A stretch of DNA of 62,763 nt, the filler included, from Kipferlia bialata (lineage: Eukaryota): assembly GCA_003568945.1 (NCBI GenBank). It is 4 parts of 4 records of this genome, joined end to end, with 100 filler letters (N's around TTAATTAATTAA, not from the genome) between each part and the next. Parts side by side here need not be neighbours in the genome. Positions count along the whole stretch, not along the records: positions 35,604 to 53,278 come from BDIP01000519.1; positions 53,379 to 62,763 come from BDIP01000522.1; 2 more parts are not named here. One strand, given 5' to 3'. Below the pieces are notes generated by a model. It was not told the DNA's origin and did no database searches. It saw only the letters and a list, made by a program, of their open reading frames with translations. Of the stretch, positions 40,283-54,028 are shown one piece after another (position 1 is the first letter of the stretch; the number at the start of each line of letters is the position of its first letter). The position numbers and the translations under genes were made by a program.

Positions 40283-40542
40283 TGTGTCTAGTGCTACATG
40301 AAAGAGGCGGAATAGAGATATGTCAGATCAATGAGTCTCATCGTTACTGATATACGGCTTATTCCGAATCATTATGAGAAATGACCAAGCGCCCGTAGGA
40401 ATGGGAGGGTTTAATCACTTCCTCAAGGCCCAACGGCGATGACCTTAAATGGTAAAGTCAGGAATTGTCATTGCCATGAAACGTGCCTCATGGTTCTGAC
40501 AACTCTGGACTTTCATCACTGTTCACTAGTAATTCGCAACCA

Positions 40543-41279
40543 ATGGGATCCTCATACAACGAGCTACAGGACGAGATCCTCTACCAGGTATTGGAAGCCT
40601 TGTACTTCGGTTTTTGGAGGAAGAACGGCAGTGTTACTACATTTGTCACGTACTACTCGCCCTCTCTACATTTTCACCACCTACTCACACCCCTAGGACA
40701 AGTTCCTCACCCTGCACCAGAACAAGATTGTGATCAGGAACTACTACTTCTTCTTCCTCAAGAAGACAGTCCAGCTGGAGGAGGTATTGCCCCTGTGCAC
40801 TTTGTCTCCTCTGTCTCAGCCACTACACGCTCTGTAATACAGAGTCTGTATATGTTGCCCACAATGTAGGTCCTACTGTAGGACTCCTACATCCCTTATA
40901 GCTAACCCACAGGTGAGGCGTGTGCAGGATGCCACCAAGATATGCCAGGCCTACTGCAAGACATGGGGAAGAGGGAGAGACAAGGCCATCTGGTGGGCAT
41001 TTGGCAGGAGGGCCGTCCCAGGTGAATAGAGCTGTACATTATGTGACAAGTATCTCTCTCTCTCTCTCCCCTCTCATCTAACCGCAGAGTGCAACACTAT
41101 CAGCAAGGCAGTGGTCTGGACAGCCCAGGTATGCAGTGTGTACGCACAATTGTATATACATATATATATGCATGCACTGCACTTGTGTCTCCGCCCTGAC
41201 GTGCAGGGCCACTTCCCTGGGTTCAACGTCGAGAACATGCCCGAGTTCTCTGCCAAGTGCCAGACACGCAACCTCGAGG
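40543..41279 (+). CDS. Small PH-like-fold hypothetical protein (5 exons visible; 3' end unresolved at poly-C tract)
   Basis: MGSSYNELQDEILYQ | DKFLTLHQNKIVIRNYYFFFLKKTVQLEE | VRRVQDATKICQAYCKTWGRGRDKAIWWAFGRRAVP | ECNTISKAVVWTAQ | GHFPGFNVENMPEF, spliced at GT-AG junctions. The fold call is inference. Confidence 0.6.
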
Positions 41280-41319
41280 GTGGGTGTATTATTGCGAGTA
41301 TTCGTGGCATCTCTCTTTC

Positions 41320-41354
<35 letters not shown>

Positions 41355-41453
41355 TTTTCCTCCCCCCCCCCCCCCCCCCCCCCCCCCCTCCCCCCCCCCC
41401 CCCCCCCCCAATCACTCACCCGACCACCTCTTCCTCACTCTTTGACCGGTCTG

Positions 41454-41487
<34 letters not shown>

Positions 41488-41602
41488 GCCAGGCCACCTC
41501 ACCACTCCATGCCTCGACTGTCTCTCTCTTCCTCACCACATCTCTCCTCCTCACCACCTCTCTCTTCCTCACCACCTCTCTTTTCACTTCCCTCTCACCC
41601 CA

Positions 41603-44093
41603 GACCAGCCAGACCTCCCCACTCAGAGAGGTGGCCCAGACCCCAACACTCAATGGCCAGGAGGTACTCCCTCTCTCTCCCTCTCTCTCCCTCTCTCTCC
41701 CCCTCTACACATAGTATATGTATACTCATACCCATGTCTGTGAATGGCTGCATGGCAAGGAGGGACTCTCTCTCCCCCTCTCTCTTCCTGTCTCAGTCCC
41801 TCTCTTTCTCTGTCTCTCTCTCTCAATCTCTCTCTCTCTCTCTCTTAGTCTCCCCTATTCTCTCTCTCTGGCTATATCTGTCTCTCATTCATAGAGTACT
41901 GATAGCCGGTATATCTTCATTTCCCCTTTTGCAGAGACAACAGTTTCTCTATTCCATGATGTCGATCTCTCTCTCTCAATGTATGCATGTATATGGTCTT
42001 CTCTTATATATAGGCCACCCGTAAGGGATGGGACCTCTTTCCAGTGGATGCCCTGGAGCAGAGTGTGCATGAGGCATTGTCTATTCCCTTAGGCATGTAT
42101 TAGAAGTACTATCCATTGTGTATACTTCCTGGTATATATACTTTCATACATCATTCATAACTGTAGGAGACATACTGGGGAAACTGGAGGAGTTGGAGAG
42201 AGAGAGGGAGAGAGAGAGTGCCCAAGAGGCCAAGAAAGACCCGGAACAACAGGAGGTACCAAAAGAGATTGTCTACCCGTCGTACATACGTAAAAGGATA
42301 TGTACCCCCCACCCCCTCATTACCTCTCTCTCTCTCTCTATTCATTGTATCTGTCATATATATAATAATAGCAGGTCTCTACTCTTCCCGCTCCCCTTGT
42401 CATCCTGTACTCCCCCCCCCCTTTTTATCTCTCTCTCTCAGTGGATATATTTCTGCTGATAATATCAGGACTCTTCCCTTCCCGCCCCCCTTGTCGCCCT
42501 GTACCTGCCCCACCTATCTCTCTCTCTCTCTCTCTACCAATACTGATGCATTTAGGATCCTTCCCTTCCCGCCCCCCTTGTCGCCCTGTACCTACCCCCA
42601 GTGGATGGTACTAGGATGGAGTATCTGGCCAGTATGCCGGTGTTCAAGGGTCTGTACATACTATATACTATATATGTATGTGTATATTATTAATATATAT
42701 ATTACGTTATACGTTGTATGATATACATATACTATGGACCAGGATGGAGTATCTGGCCAGTATGCCCATGTTCAAGGGTGTGTATATATGTATGCATGAT
42801 CATATACTATATTCACTCACTTATATATATATATATATACTTATCCCAGGCATCCGTGTCCTGGACACTGCCACTCTCAGTGATGCCTACGCAGTGAGGA
42901 GGGTATGTACATCATTAGTATGTATATCATTATATATATAAAAGTAGCTATATATACCATATATAGCATATATATATATATCAGTAGTATATATACTCCT
43001 GATATATATATATATACTACTGAGTATGCGTTATGTATATGCCACTCTCAGTGATCCATATGCAGTCAGGAGGGTATGTATATGTTAATTAGTGTATATA
43101 TTTATGTACATATATATAAACAGTATGATACAAGTATATGTACAATGGTTGATTGATGTATCCATACTACACCCTCTCTCTTCTCTCTCTCTCCCTTCTC
43201 ACTCTAATACCCCCTAGGAGATGCAGAACAACCCCAGACCCACGGTAATGCTGATGTCCCATGACACAGTCACCGCCAACCCATTGACGAGGTGGATACA
43301 TACTCAAGTGTATAGATGTGTATACATCTATAGGTGTATTCATAATATATATATATATAATGTTCGCTATTACGATATTAGTGTACACATAAGTACGTGA
43401 GTGTCTCGATACTAGATCCTGGGCTCCATGCATATGGATGTCTACTACTTGGGACAATGTGTCCCTCCCTCTTCATCTTTGTCTTTCACTCCCTCATGTA
43501 TGTGTCAGTCCTTTCTATTGCCCACCTCTGGAAAAAAATTCACCACATTCTCTCTCTCTCTCTCTCTCTCGCTGACTTTCAGACCCTTTAAACGCCATGT
43601 TGGTCTGTGGAGATGCATGACCCTCATGCAGACACTCTACACGCCTAGGGCATACATGTGCATGCCAGTGGACAAGGTACCAATACCTACGCGATGCTTC
43701 CCGATGCCTAACCGATCGTGTAGTAACTTCAGGAGATACTAGCCTCCCAGTTACTTCACTTGGAGGACGTATACATTGCACTCGAGAGCTATATTGACGG
43801 GCACTACTCGGATGTGGTGTCTGCGGATATATCAGAGACAGGTATCGTGCATTAGAAACTAATACATTTATATATATATGTGTGTGTGTCCTCTGCTACG
43901 TCCCTCTCCCTTACCCTCAGACCCTATCCTTCGGTGCCTCCCTCTATCCACTACCTTTGATGTAGATGAAGAGGATGATGGGGGACCTGATGGTATAGAA
44001 GGGTCCAATGATGATATCGATCCATCCAATGAGTGTGGTCAGAGGTCCAGTGTCGATATGGAGGTGTCAGACCCTCTCAGTCACCAGGACTGA
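41603..44093 (+). CDS. Multi-exon hypothetical protein with acidic C-terminus (either a continuation of the 40543 gene or a separate 5'-partial gene)
   Basis: Exons include DPSLPAPLVALYLPPVDGTRMEYLASMPVFK | GIRVLDTATLSDAYAVRR | ILGSMHMDVYYLG | PFKRHVGLWRCMTLMQTL | EILASQLLHLEDVY | DPILRCLPL...SHQD*. Confidence 0.55.
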
Positions 44094-44523
44094 CGGGGGC
44101 TGATCGTGTAGAGATTGTGCTGCTGTATAATATTGCAGTATAGAATAATGGTATTTGTGTAAATGTTCGTAAGGTTGGGTAGGGGACTCCATGTCATCTA
44201 CTTAGTAGATTATACTTAGTATTGTACTGCAATAGATCATGTATAGTTACGGTGGCCGATTCACTGTTAGAAGTTTGTTCTTTGTCCAGTCTTCGTTCAC
44301 CGAACACAGTATTGTATGCCTCGTGCAATCCGTATTAGAGACTTGAGTCGTCTCCGGGAAGTCATTCGATGATCGGGTAAGAAATGGTAGAAATTTAGAA
44401 ATGGTTAGAAATTTAGGGGTTGCATTGCAACTTGCAACTTGCAAACGTCACCAAATTCTACCCGGTCATTAATGTTTCTACCTTGCTCCCCACCTCTCTA
44501 CAGTCTCGTGGACTCTTACCAAC

Positions 44524-45858
44524 ATGGACTTTGACTTAATGGATATCTGCCACCCTATGCTTGGTGGTACTCTGCACCACGTGTACACAGTCAAGGCAGA
44601 GGTGAGCACTGTATATGAGGATTTTTTGTTACATCTACACAAACATGTTCTATCGGTCAATGTTCAGTACATATCCCCACTACCATTCGATTGTGTGTCA
44701 CTTACTCACCGCTGTTGATCATAGGATGCGCCAAAGACTCGTGGGAAGGCAGTAACTAAGACAGCAACCAAGCCGAAGGCTGTGGCGAAGCCAAAGGTAT
44801 TATTCACATTTTCTACCCGATCATAGAATAGCAAAGACACTCATATTCTGAAGTCCTCTGTCACAGAGGCTCTGTGTACTACCTCTATGATAGAGGCTCT
44901 ATCACATAGTGACTCCAGACAGCAAAGGGAGCAGGTAGGGCAGCGCCTCGTGCTGTCACGACCAGGACGACGACAACCAAGGTAGGAGCACCACTGGTTC
45001 ATGATAGATCAGAGTTTGATTCAGAGTCTGAATTTCAGACTACAGTGTTTGTATTGAGATCTTTCTGAGGAAAATTCTCACACCAGACAACAACCACTGC
45101 ACCGAGAGCATCTGACGCCAAGGCAACCAAGACCACTACAACTAAGGTATCATCATTATAGTCATCATGATAATCAAGTTGCCACCGCTGATAAACACTC
45201 TACGTTTCCCATTGACCCCACTATTCACTACTATCCTGCCATAGCGCAGGATAAATATCCATATTTCTTTCTTTCATTTCCGCCTTACGCTAACTCTAAG
45301 GTCATTACTACCCGAGCAACCCCAAGGTCCGAGCCATCAAAGGTATGTCACTGACTATGACTTATGAACAATACTAATTGAATGTCTTCGATCCATCCAC
45401 TGATATTCCTGCAATATCTATTGAATACTCTTCTGATGCGACTCTCATGTATTCAGGTAACTACCACCAAGACCACCACAGTGAGGAAGCCAGCAGGGCC
45501 CAGATCGGTAGCAAGGGTACTGACCTGTAATCCTATTCCCAGTGCAATTATGTAGTATATCGTATACAGTGTATGTCATATATATCCCACTATACACATT
45601 GTTCACTGTTTACTCCAGGTAACCACCACCCGTGTCACCACTACCAAGACAACCAAGAAGGCACCTGCAACCAAGCGTACTCCTGCTAAGAAGGTACGAA
45701 GGGCATGGATTCCATGATGGAACACACCTTATGCATCATACTGTTATATATAACTTCCCGTGGTTGGACAACCTCTCTCTTTGTATGTCTTCTTCTGACC
45801 CCAGACCCCGTCTAAGAGAGCTCCAACGAGGGGCAAGAAGAAGTGGAATGGGGAATAG
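44524..45858 (+). CDS. Small, highly basic Lys/Thr/Arg/Ala/Pro-rich protein (about 8 exons), histone H1 tail-like
   Basis: MDFDLMDICHPMLGGTLHHVYTVKAE | DAPKTRGKAVTKTATKPKAVAKPK | TAKGAGRAAPRAVTTRTTTTK | ... | VTTTRVTTTKTTKKAPATKRTPAKK | TPSKRAPTRGKKKWNGE* (TAG 45856-45858). Confidence 0.65.
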
Positions 45859-46117
45859 AGAGTCCTTAATAGAGTAGTCCGTGTACTTCGCAGTATTATA
45901 CAACGATTCACTCCACTTGGTGGTGTGGGTGAGTAACGGCTACTTCTAGTCATATTCTTAGGTCACATATGACGTTCAATATATTATTACAGTTTAAACA
46001 AAGTCAGGTACACCAGGACAGAATCAAAGACAACTACCCTGAGCACCCAATGCACAATCATCACAAAGTCACTTCTCCGCAATATCCCCTCAACACCTAC
46101 ACAATTCAGTATCTACC

Positions 46118-49100
46118 CTACACGAGGTTGTCATGGTCTGGGTCAGTGATAGATAGTGAGTCAGAGTGTGTCCCGTCGTCATCACTCATCTCGACAGCCA
46201 CGTGCTGCAGCTCTGGCATAGCAAACCCATCGCTGCTGCTCTCAGACTGCTCTGGGATGCTACCGTTCTGCTGCATCAGGGGCACTGTAGAGCGTGTGTG
46301 TGCGAAGAGGGTGGGGAGGGAGTCCTCCTGCTTGACAGGTAGCACGGGCTCTGGCTGCACCATAACAGGGTAGGGGGCGTAGATGGACCCGCCCTCGACA
46401 GGCATCGGCTCTACAGCCATATGCATGGGTACTGCCTCCAGAACCATGGTGGGGCTAGGCAGCATCTGTACGGTGCTCTCTGACTTCTTGTCCAGGGGCT
46501 GCAGGTCGTCCCTACGCAGGACACGCCTGATCAGACCCCAGAAGCAGCAGGTTAAGATGGCTAGGACAACAAGGAGGATGCATGCGATGACAACAACGAC
46601 GATGAAGAGATAGGAGACGGACACGTCGATTGTCATCTTCTCAGCCTCCACCCCGTCGATGGATAGGTACACGACGGCAGTGCCAGAGCCAGTGAGGTAG
46701 ACATCAGCCGTGTAGAAATCGCCACTCGAGTCGAGAACACCGGGTCCAGAGGAGCTCCAGCCGTCACCAGAAACACGGATGGTGATAGAGTCAGGCAGAG
46801 ATTTGGTTGAGGAGACGGAGGACTCCGTGGTGGAGTTGCCATAGGAATCCTAGGGGTGAGGCGTTAGGCAGTCAGGCGGAAATGATATGAGATGGTAGGG
46901 AATAGCATACAGCTGGCAGAAATACAGACACACTCACCGTAGTGGCCACCGTGAATGTAGTGGTGCGTCTACGCCTGGTTCTAGTGGTTGTGGTGACTGT
47001 AGTGGTCTCGGGATCAGTGGCTGCAGCGTTGACAGTGACAGAGTCTGAGAGGAAGGCGGAATCCCCAGCAACCTCAGACACAACGGTGTAGGTACCAGCA
47101 GTGTTGTGCACGGCATCGGTGGAGGTCACCGTGTAGACATAGGTGGATGCGTTGTAGACAGCGGTGAGAGTGACTGGGGTGCTCGCAGCAGTGTAAGTCA
47201 CAGAGACAGCCTTTTCCTCAGTGACCAGGTTCCCATACTGGTCCTGCAGAGTCAGGGTGACGTCAAATGCAGTGCCAGCCTCGACTGCAGCGGTGGGTAC
47301 AGTCATGGTACTGGTAGGACCATAGGGCGTAGCAGGGACCACTGTGAAGGCGGGGCCCCCACCCAGGAAGCCAGAGTTACCCGGGAAGTTGAGGGTAGCG
47401 CTCCACTCCCCGGCAGTCTCATGGATAGAAGGAGTGGTGGTAGCAGAGTACCCATAGGTGGTGGTACTGAATACCAAGGGGATGGTGACAGTGCTGACCC
47501 CAGTGGCAGTGAAGGCCACAGACACAGTGAGGTCGGAGGTGATGGGGTTGGAGTACTGATCCATGATGTCTGCAGTGATGGGGATAGGGGTACCAGCAAC
47601 GATGTCCTCCATGAAAGGGAGGGTGAGGTTGGACTCCATATCGTATGGATCAGCAGCGACGACAGTCACACTCTTGCCGCTGAGGAAGGATGTCTCTCCG
47701 TCTACAGTGATGGACACGGCCCATACACCAGCAGCGGTGGATACAGAGGTGGGGGCATCGGCTGTGTACTCGTGCAGAGCAGTGGTCTGGGTGAGAGTCT
47801 CCGTACGTGACACAGATCCCATCGTGTAGACAGCAGCCGCAGGTTTGAGAGGTGTGTACTCGTTCCCATAGGCATCGTGTAGAGCCAGAGTCACACCCCA
47901 GTCAGTCCCGGCAACCTGAGAGATAGTGGGGACGGTGTAGGTGCTCTCACTGGTGACAGGGACATCAGCAACAACTGTCACGCTCTGGCCAGTGATGAAA
48001 CCAGTGGTGGAACCGACATTGATACTCAGAGAGTAGGTGTTGGCTACGGTGTCGATGGCAGTCGTGGATGCTATCGTGTAGAGGTTGGTGGAGGAGTTGT
48101 ATGTGGCAGTGATTGACTCGTCAGTCCCAACCACAGAGAAGACACCCACCACACTAGTGGCATCAGTGACAATATTGGAGTAGACATCCGTGGGAGTTAG
48201 GGTGACAGTGAATCCGTCTCCGGCAGTGACGTCGGAGGAGGGCACGGAGAGCGTGTTGGAGGTGTAGAAGGCATAAGGAGCACCTGGTGTGACAGTCACA
48301 CTCTTGCCGCTGAGGAAGGATGCCTCTCCGTCTACAGTGATGGACACAGCCCACACACCAGAGGTGGTACGGGCTTGACTGGGGCTGGGGGCGGTGTAGA
48401 CATTGAGACCAGTCACCTGTGAGAGCGTTACTGAAGTGCTGACACTCCCCTGCGTGTAGACGGCCTCCACCGACACGTTACCGGTACGGCACTCGTTCTG
48501 GTACTCGTCGTATAGAGAAACACTGACGGGCCAGGACGAACCAGCCATCTGGGAAGTGGTGGGTACCGTGTAGGTACTCTCAGCGCTAGCAGGAGCAGCA
48601 GGGACGATGGTGACTGTGTCAGTCTTGAAGGAGGTGTTGGCACCGCACGTGACGGTGATGTCAAAGGTTGTCGCGAGGTTGTGGATGGCGGAGGTTGTGG
48701 CAATCGTGTAGAGTGACAAAGTGGAGTCATATGTCGCGTCGATGCTGACAGAGGTGGCGCCACTTGTAAACAGGGCGGACACCGCCATCTGATCAGCGTA
48801 GGAGATACCGTCCCTGTCTGCAAGTGCAAGGGTGAGGGAAAAGGCATTCCCTGCAACCACACCTGTAGGTACAGTGAGTGTACTGTGTGGGGCAGAGGGA
48901 CCAGCAGGTACGACAGTCACTGTACCATCCCCAGCATAGGGACCCCAGGTGTTGGCACCGTCGTCTACCTCCACAGTGAGTGTGACTGCACCGAGAGTGG
49001 TCCCTGTGAAGGTAGCGGAGTAGGAGTCTGTGTCTGCAGAGTATGATGCAACAACAGGGGTGCTAGAGATGGATACAATCGTGGCCCACACCTCCGATGA

Positions 49101-52100
49101 ACTCTCAACCATAGCTGCTGCATTCCCGTAGGAGTCTTGGAGTGTAAACACCACTGCAGAAGGGATGTCGAGCTCAATCGTGGCAGGGTCACTCACTGTG
49201 AATGCACTAACGGCACCACCAGTGATTGTGACGGTCTTGGTGTGGACAGCCTCTGTGGAGAGGCCCTTGTTCCACACCATGTACAGGTCAGCATCGCCGG
49301 CAGTGGTGGCGGCCTGGACAATGGCAGAGTAGGACCCAGAGTTATAGGTCGCCTCTGTGGTTGCCGCAACAGCAGACCCAAATCCAAGGTGACAGCTGGC
49401 GCTGGATACAGCATTAGAGTACTGATCTGCGCTTGTCACGGTGACACTCACCCCAGCACCTGCGACAGCGCTAGTGGGTGTGACGGTAGTGTTGGCCTGG
49501 TCGGGAGCTGCGTGTGTAACGGTGACATCCTTCTGGGAGGCAGCTGCGGCATGGGGGCTGGACACCACCTGTATGACAGAGGTGGTACCAGCCTGGGTGA
49601 CGGCTGTGGTGGATGTGGAGTAGGTGGAGGTGGGTGTATCCAGAACAGCCGTCTCCTCAGAGCCGCCTGTGCCAAACTGAATCTTGACAGACGAGGGGGT
49701 AACCAGGTTCTTGTAGGTGTCCTGACGTTAGACAATAGTCTAAGAAGGGCTGTGTATACACAATACGTCGTACCCTGAACTCAGAGGTGGTGCTGATAGC
49801 AGCTCCGGCCACCACAGAGTCAGCGACAGTGAGGCTACTCTCTGCCTGTACAGCCACGCCAGGGGTGACAGTGATGGGTATGGAGGTGAGGAGAGAGGCC
49901 GAGGACTCCCAGGGACATTGGGACATGACCCTCACAGAGGTGACAGCAGAGCGGGTGGCGGTGATGCTGAAGGTGGAGAGGTATGCATCACTTAGACTGA
50001 CTGGAGAGTGGGCAGTGCCAGACCCGGAGGAGATGTCAGTCTCGCCATAGTCTGTGACAAGGGAGAGCTGAGGGTTAGAGTATATGTCACAATACAAGTG
50101 GAAGGTGATATATATGCTCCAACCTGGCAGTCCGCCTGCACTGTGTTAGAGTACTGGTCCTTGAGAGTTATGGTGACAGGGATGGCAGTGCCAGCATCAG
50201 CGGTGAGGCTGCTAGGCGTGATGACAGAGGTGGTGCTGGCAGGCTCCTCGAACACTGCCACAGACACCTCATACTCCTTGATACCCCCGTAGGAGACAGT
50301 GATGTCGATAGCAGCCCCCGCCCACCCGTCTGTGACTGGGGACTCAGCAGTATAGGCACCCTCCGCGGCACTCCACGTGGCAGTGTGGTAGGTGGAGTCG
50401 TCAGCACCCTTCAGCTTCCACTTGACAGACGTCTCAAGCAGCAGCCCACTCTGGGCAACGTCCTCCTCGTCTAGTAAGGAGAGGCAGAGATCCATCGCCT
50501 CCTTGTAGAGAGGGGCGGCAGACACACCACAGGGAAGAGGCTCGGTCTCCACGGTGGCCTCACCAGTAGATACGTCGAAGGTAAAGTGCTCTGTGTCGGC
50601 CGGGAGTGGGGTGGGTACGTAGGCCTGTATCATGAGGCTGTCCCCTAGGCTGAAGGTATCAGCAGGAATGGCAGTGATGGAAAAGCCTTCGTCCCCGGCA
50701 GAGTAGGCCATAGCGGTGGGGGTCTCAGTCTCATCATCGCTGAAGAAGAATGAGACAGAGCCAGAGCCGAAGAAGGTGCCGTCGGTAGCGGCAACCTTGG
50801 CGAGAATCTCTGGGGATTAGGTGGAGTCTGTAGAGAAACAGTGACTGGCATACATCGTGTAGAGTACCTGTGGTGTCCAGCTCCACCACTGGCACCGATG
50901 TGATGTCAGCAACTGGGCCTGTGCTCATAGTTAGCACGTGGGGACTGGCACCAGAAGGGAAGCCACCGACGTATAAGGCTTGTTCCTCGTTCTGGTTACC
51001 TGATTGTGAATATTGCACACTAACAATACAGAGGCCGCACCCAGATATATATGTATGTATACACTTATGATTCAGGACTTAGGCACCAACCTGCTACTAG
51101 CATGCCTGTGGAGGCGTCGAGACCCACACTGTATCCAATCTGCTGCTGGTACTGAGTGCCGACCACGGCCTGTGTCTCAACCCACTCAGAGGCACCGCGG
51201 AACAGGTGGTATACAGCCACACGGCCATAGAGGTCATCGCCTCCGTGGTTAGGGGCACCTACCACCATATAGTCCCCGTCCAGAGCCAGTGCCTTGCCGA
51301 AGTACTTGGTATCTACCCCTGTGATTGTCTGACCAGACACCCACTCCCCACCCTCCTTGTGGTACATCTGCACCACACCAGTGTCGCTCTCCTGCTGATA
51401 CTGCCCTATAGCCATCCAGTCACCACTGACTCTCGGGGCCCTAGTGTAGGCGTAGGGTGCCACGATGGCGTCCTGCATGACAAAGACCCCACTCCCATCC
51501 AGCTCCCACACCTGCATGTAGGGGACGGACTCCGTGCTGTAGTATGGGCACGAAAATGAATTCGCACAGGAGCACAAGCTGACGATGGTACTACCTGGGG
51601 GTTAGATGGGATGGTGTCCACATGAAGAGGAGTCTAGTAGGGTATATGTTGGAATAGTAGCAACTACTTGAGACATACCATCGAAACCAACGTAACCGCC
51701 AACGCCGTGTGATTTCCAGTTATCATCGTCAAGTGTCAGAGTTTGGGATACACCCCATGTGTCTCCGTCACGTGTGTATACCACCACAGCGCCTTGGCCA
51801 ATACCGAAGTACTGGGCGCTCCCAGTGACCAGAGTGTCTCCAACCAGAACCATGTTGTGGCCAAACCAACCATATATACTCCAGCTGTGTACAGTATCTG
51901 TGAGCTCCCAGGTATCACTGGACTCGTCCAGCTTGTAGAGGTAGATCCAGCCCGTGTATGTCTGGTGTAAGACTCTGAAGCTAAATCATAAACATACCAA
52001 AACAAGAGAGGTAGAGTATGGTAACATAATGGGACCCACATGCGCATCTGTCACACTGCGAAATTATATGATCCATGGAGAGTGCTGAGTAATGTGAGAC

Positions 52101-53277
52101 TCACCGTCGAGTCGGATGGCTCAGTAAGTGTAGCACCTGGTGCAGAGACTGCTATCCAGTGGCCAGACACCCCTGTGGCCTGGCCGAAGACCTGGGAGGT
52201 GTCTGCCAGGGACTCCTTGTATGAGGTTGGGTGGCATCAATCGAACATATGTCCCAATAAGAGAGTCCACCACTAGTAGAGTGAGTGTATAGCATACATC
52301 CAGACGTGACAACCCTGTCTGTAGAGGATGAGTCATTGTGGTGCCAATGAACGGAAATATACATATATATATATGTACATCATGCACGTACCGTTGGTAT
52401 TGTGAGTGTCTGGTGCAACAGCCACCCATAACCGTCCCTCTTGAATACAAGTGCACGGCCGGCCTTCTCATAACCGCCATTCTTCTCATCAGGCTGCCCC
52501 ACCACCATCCAGTCGCCATCGATAGAGACAAACTCGTAGTATGCATCGCCACTGTCTGATATTGGCATGGTGCCGCCAACCTCAATGTCCACTGCCCTAG
52601 AGAAGGGTGTGCCTTCTGAGTAGACAGAGAGAGAAGTGGGGACAGTGACAGCACTAGCAGAGGCAGGAGTCACAGAGAGAGAGGCAGTGATGTATCCCTC
52701 TGCGTTAGAGCCCGTCCGGCACCCGTAGGTACCATAGTAGGTGTCTAGGGTACAGGCACCAGCGCTACCACCAGAGGGGGTGAGTGTGACGGTAGCAGCA
52801 GGGTCAAGGATGACCAGACCGTTCTGGTCGTATACAGTGACGTCCACTACAGTGTCAGACACCATAGCGGGTGCAGTCACAGCAGTTGTGGCCGTGTATG
52901 TGACCGGCAGAGACTGTGTCTCTAGGACAGGGCAGAGAGTGGGTGTGATGGGAGAGGACCCAGTAACGGCCTCTGGGCACATGTATAGCACCATATCGAG
53001 GGAGTCTCCGCCCCTAGCTGCGAGAGGGGTAGTGCCAGAGTAGGTAGACCCGGATGAGGTGAACAGTGGGTAGTGCACACCGTCAAGGGCTAACCCGACC
53101 GAGGCACCTGCCACTGGGCTGTCCCCTGCGTCGACCACACCCACAGTGACAGAGGTGGGGGAGGACTCGCTGGCAGAGGTGAGGACACCTGCAGGCACGG
53201 CAGAGAGAGTGGAGTCACTATCCCCGGCATTGAGCATGTACACCCCGCTAGCCCCTGTCACAGGCGCACCTCCTACC
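46118..53277 (-). CDS. Large type I membrane surface protein: FG-GAP repeats followed by tandem Thr/Ser/Val-rich Ig-like (invasin/filamin-like) repeats, TM helix and acidic tail; 5' partial
   Basis: FG-GAP blades: FVSIDGDWMVVGQPDEKNGGYEKAGRALVF, VFGQATGVSGHWIAVSAPG, YFGKALALDGDYMVVGAPNHGGDDLYGRVAVY. About 100-aa repeats 'S.lTvP...AG....vtl.l.D.YgN' in exon 46938-49721. TM YLFIVVVVIACILLVVLAILTCCFWGLI. Last exon 46118-46849. Confidence 0.82.
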
Positions 53278-53278
53278 A

Positions 53279-53378
53279 NNNNNNNNNNNNNNNNNNNNNN
53301 NNNNNNNNNNNNNNNNNNNNNNTTAATTAATTAANNNNNNNNNNNNNNNNNNNNNNNNNNNNNNNNNNNNNNNNNNNN
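53279..53378. other. Artificial scaffold linker
   Basis: N-TTAATTAATTAA-N. Confidence 0.95.
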
Positions 53379-53433
53379 TCTTTGGGAGTGAGGTGCCTTT
53401 TCTATCCCCCCCCCCCCCCCCACCTTACCCCAG

Positions 53434-54028
53434 TGTACTCCCCGTTCTACTTGAGCTGTCCAGGGACAGGATCAGCAACGTCAGGTGGGGACCCATTCAC
53501 ATTTTTCCAATCTCCTATATTATATATCCATGGTACTGAGGACGGAGTATATAGCGTCTAATTCTTAGTACTATATTGATAGTGATGTATAGGCAATACA
53601 TTTCACCACGTTTCCCGTTGTTGACCCTAGGTTCCTTGCCTGCAAGGCTCTTGGTGTGGCAGGAGTGACCCTGGGAGTCAACCACAAGCTGTCCCAGGTA
53701 CACTGATGTGCATAGTATTCATGTTCACTCTTCACTATGATAGGAGGTGTAATAAGAGTCTCTTCATGGAGTATGTGATCTCTGAATATCACCCCTCCTC
53801 ACCCCCAGGACTTCATCATCCCGAGACTCGTGGCCCTGACCCACGACGATAAGGACAACGTGAGTGGCACTGGTGTATATGGGGATATGGAGTGATGGTG
53901 CCACTGACACTGTTGACTTGTGTGATGATCATGTAGCACATAGTGTGTTGAAGCGATTCTAAGTATTTGCCTCACCCCAGGATGTCATCAACTTCGCCAA
54001 GGAGGCTCTCGAGCTCCTCAAGCCATAG
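53434..54028 (+). CDS. 3' end (4 exons) of a HEAT-repeat protein resembling the PP2A scaffold (A) subunit C-terminus
   Basis: VLPVLLELSRDRISNVR | FLACKALGVAGVTLGVNHKLSQ | DFIIPRLVALTHDDKDN | DVINFAKEALELLKP* matches the pattern of the last PP2A-A HEAT repeats (D.v.NVRF...D.D.DV..FA.EAL). A PP4R1-type protein is not excluded. Confidence 0.75.

Noticed and set aside
41074..41743. Poly-Pro and poly-Gly ORFs resembling formin/extensin
   Set aside because: They derive from an intronic or junctional poly-C tract, and all frames give homopolymers.
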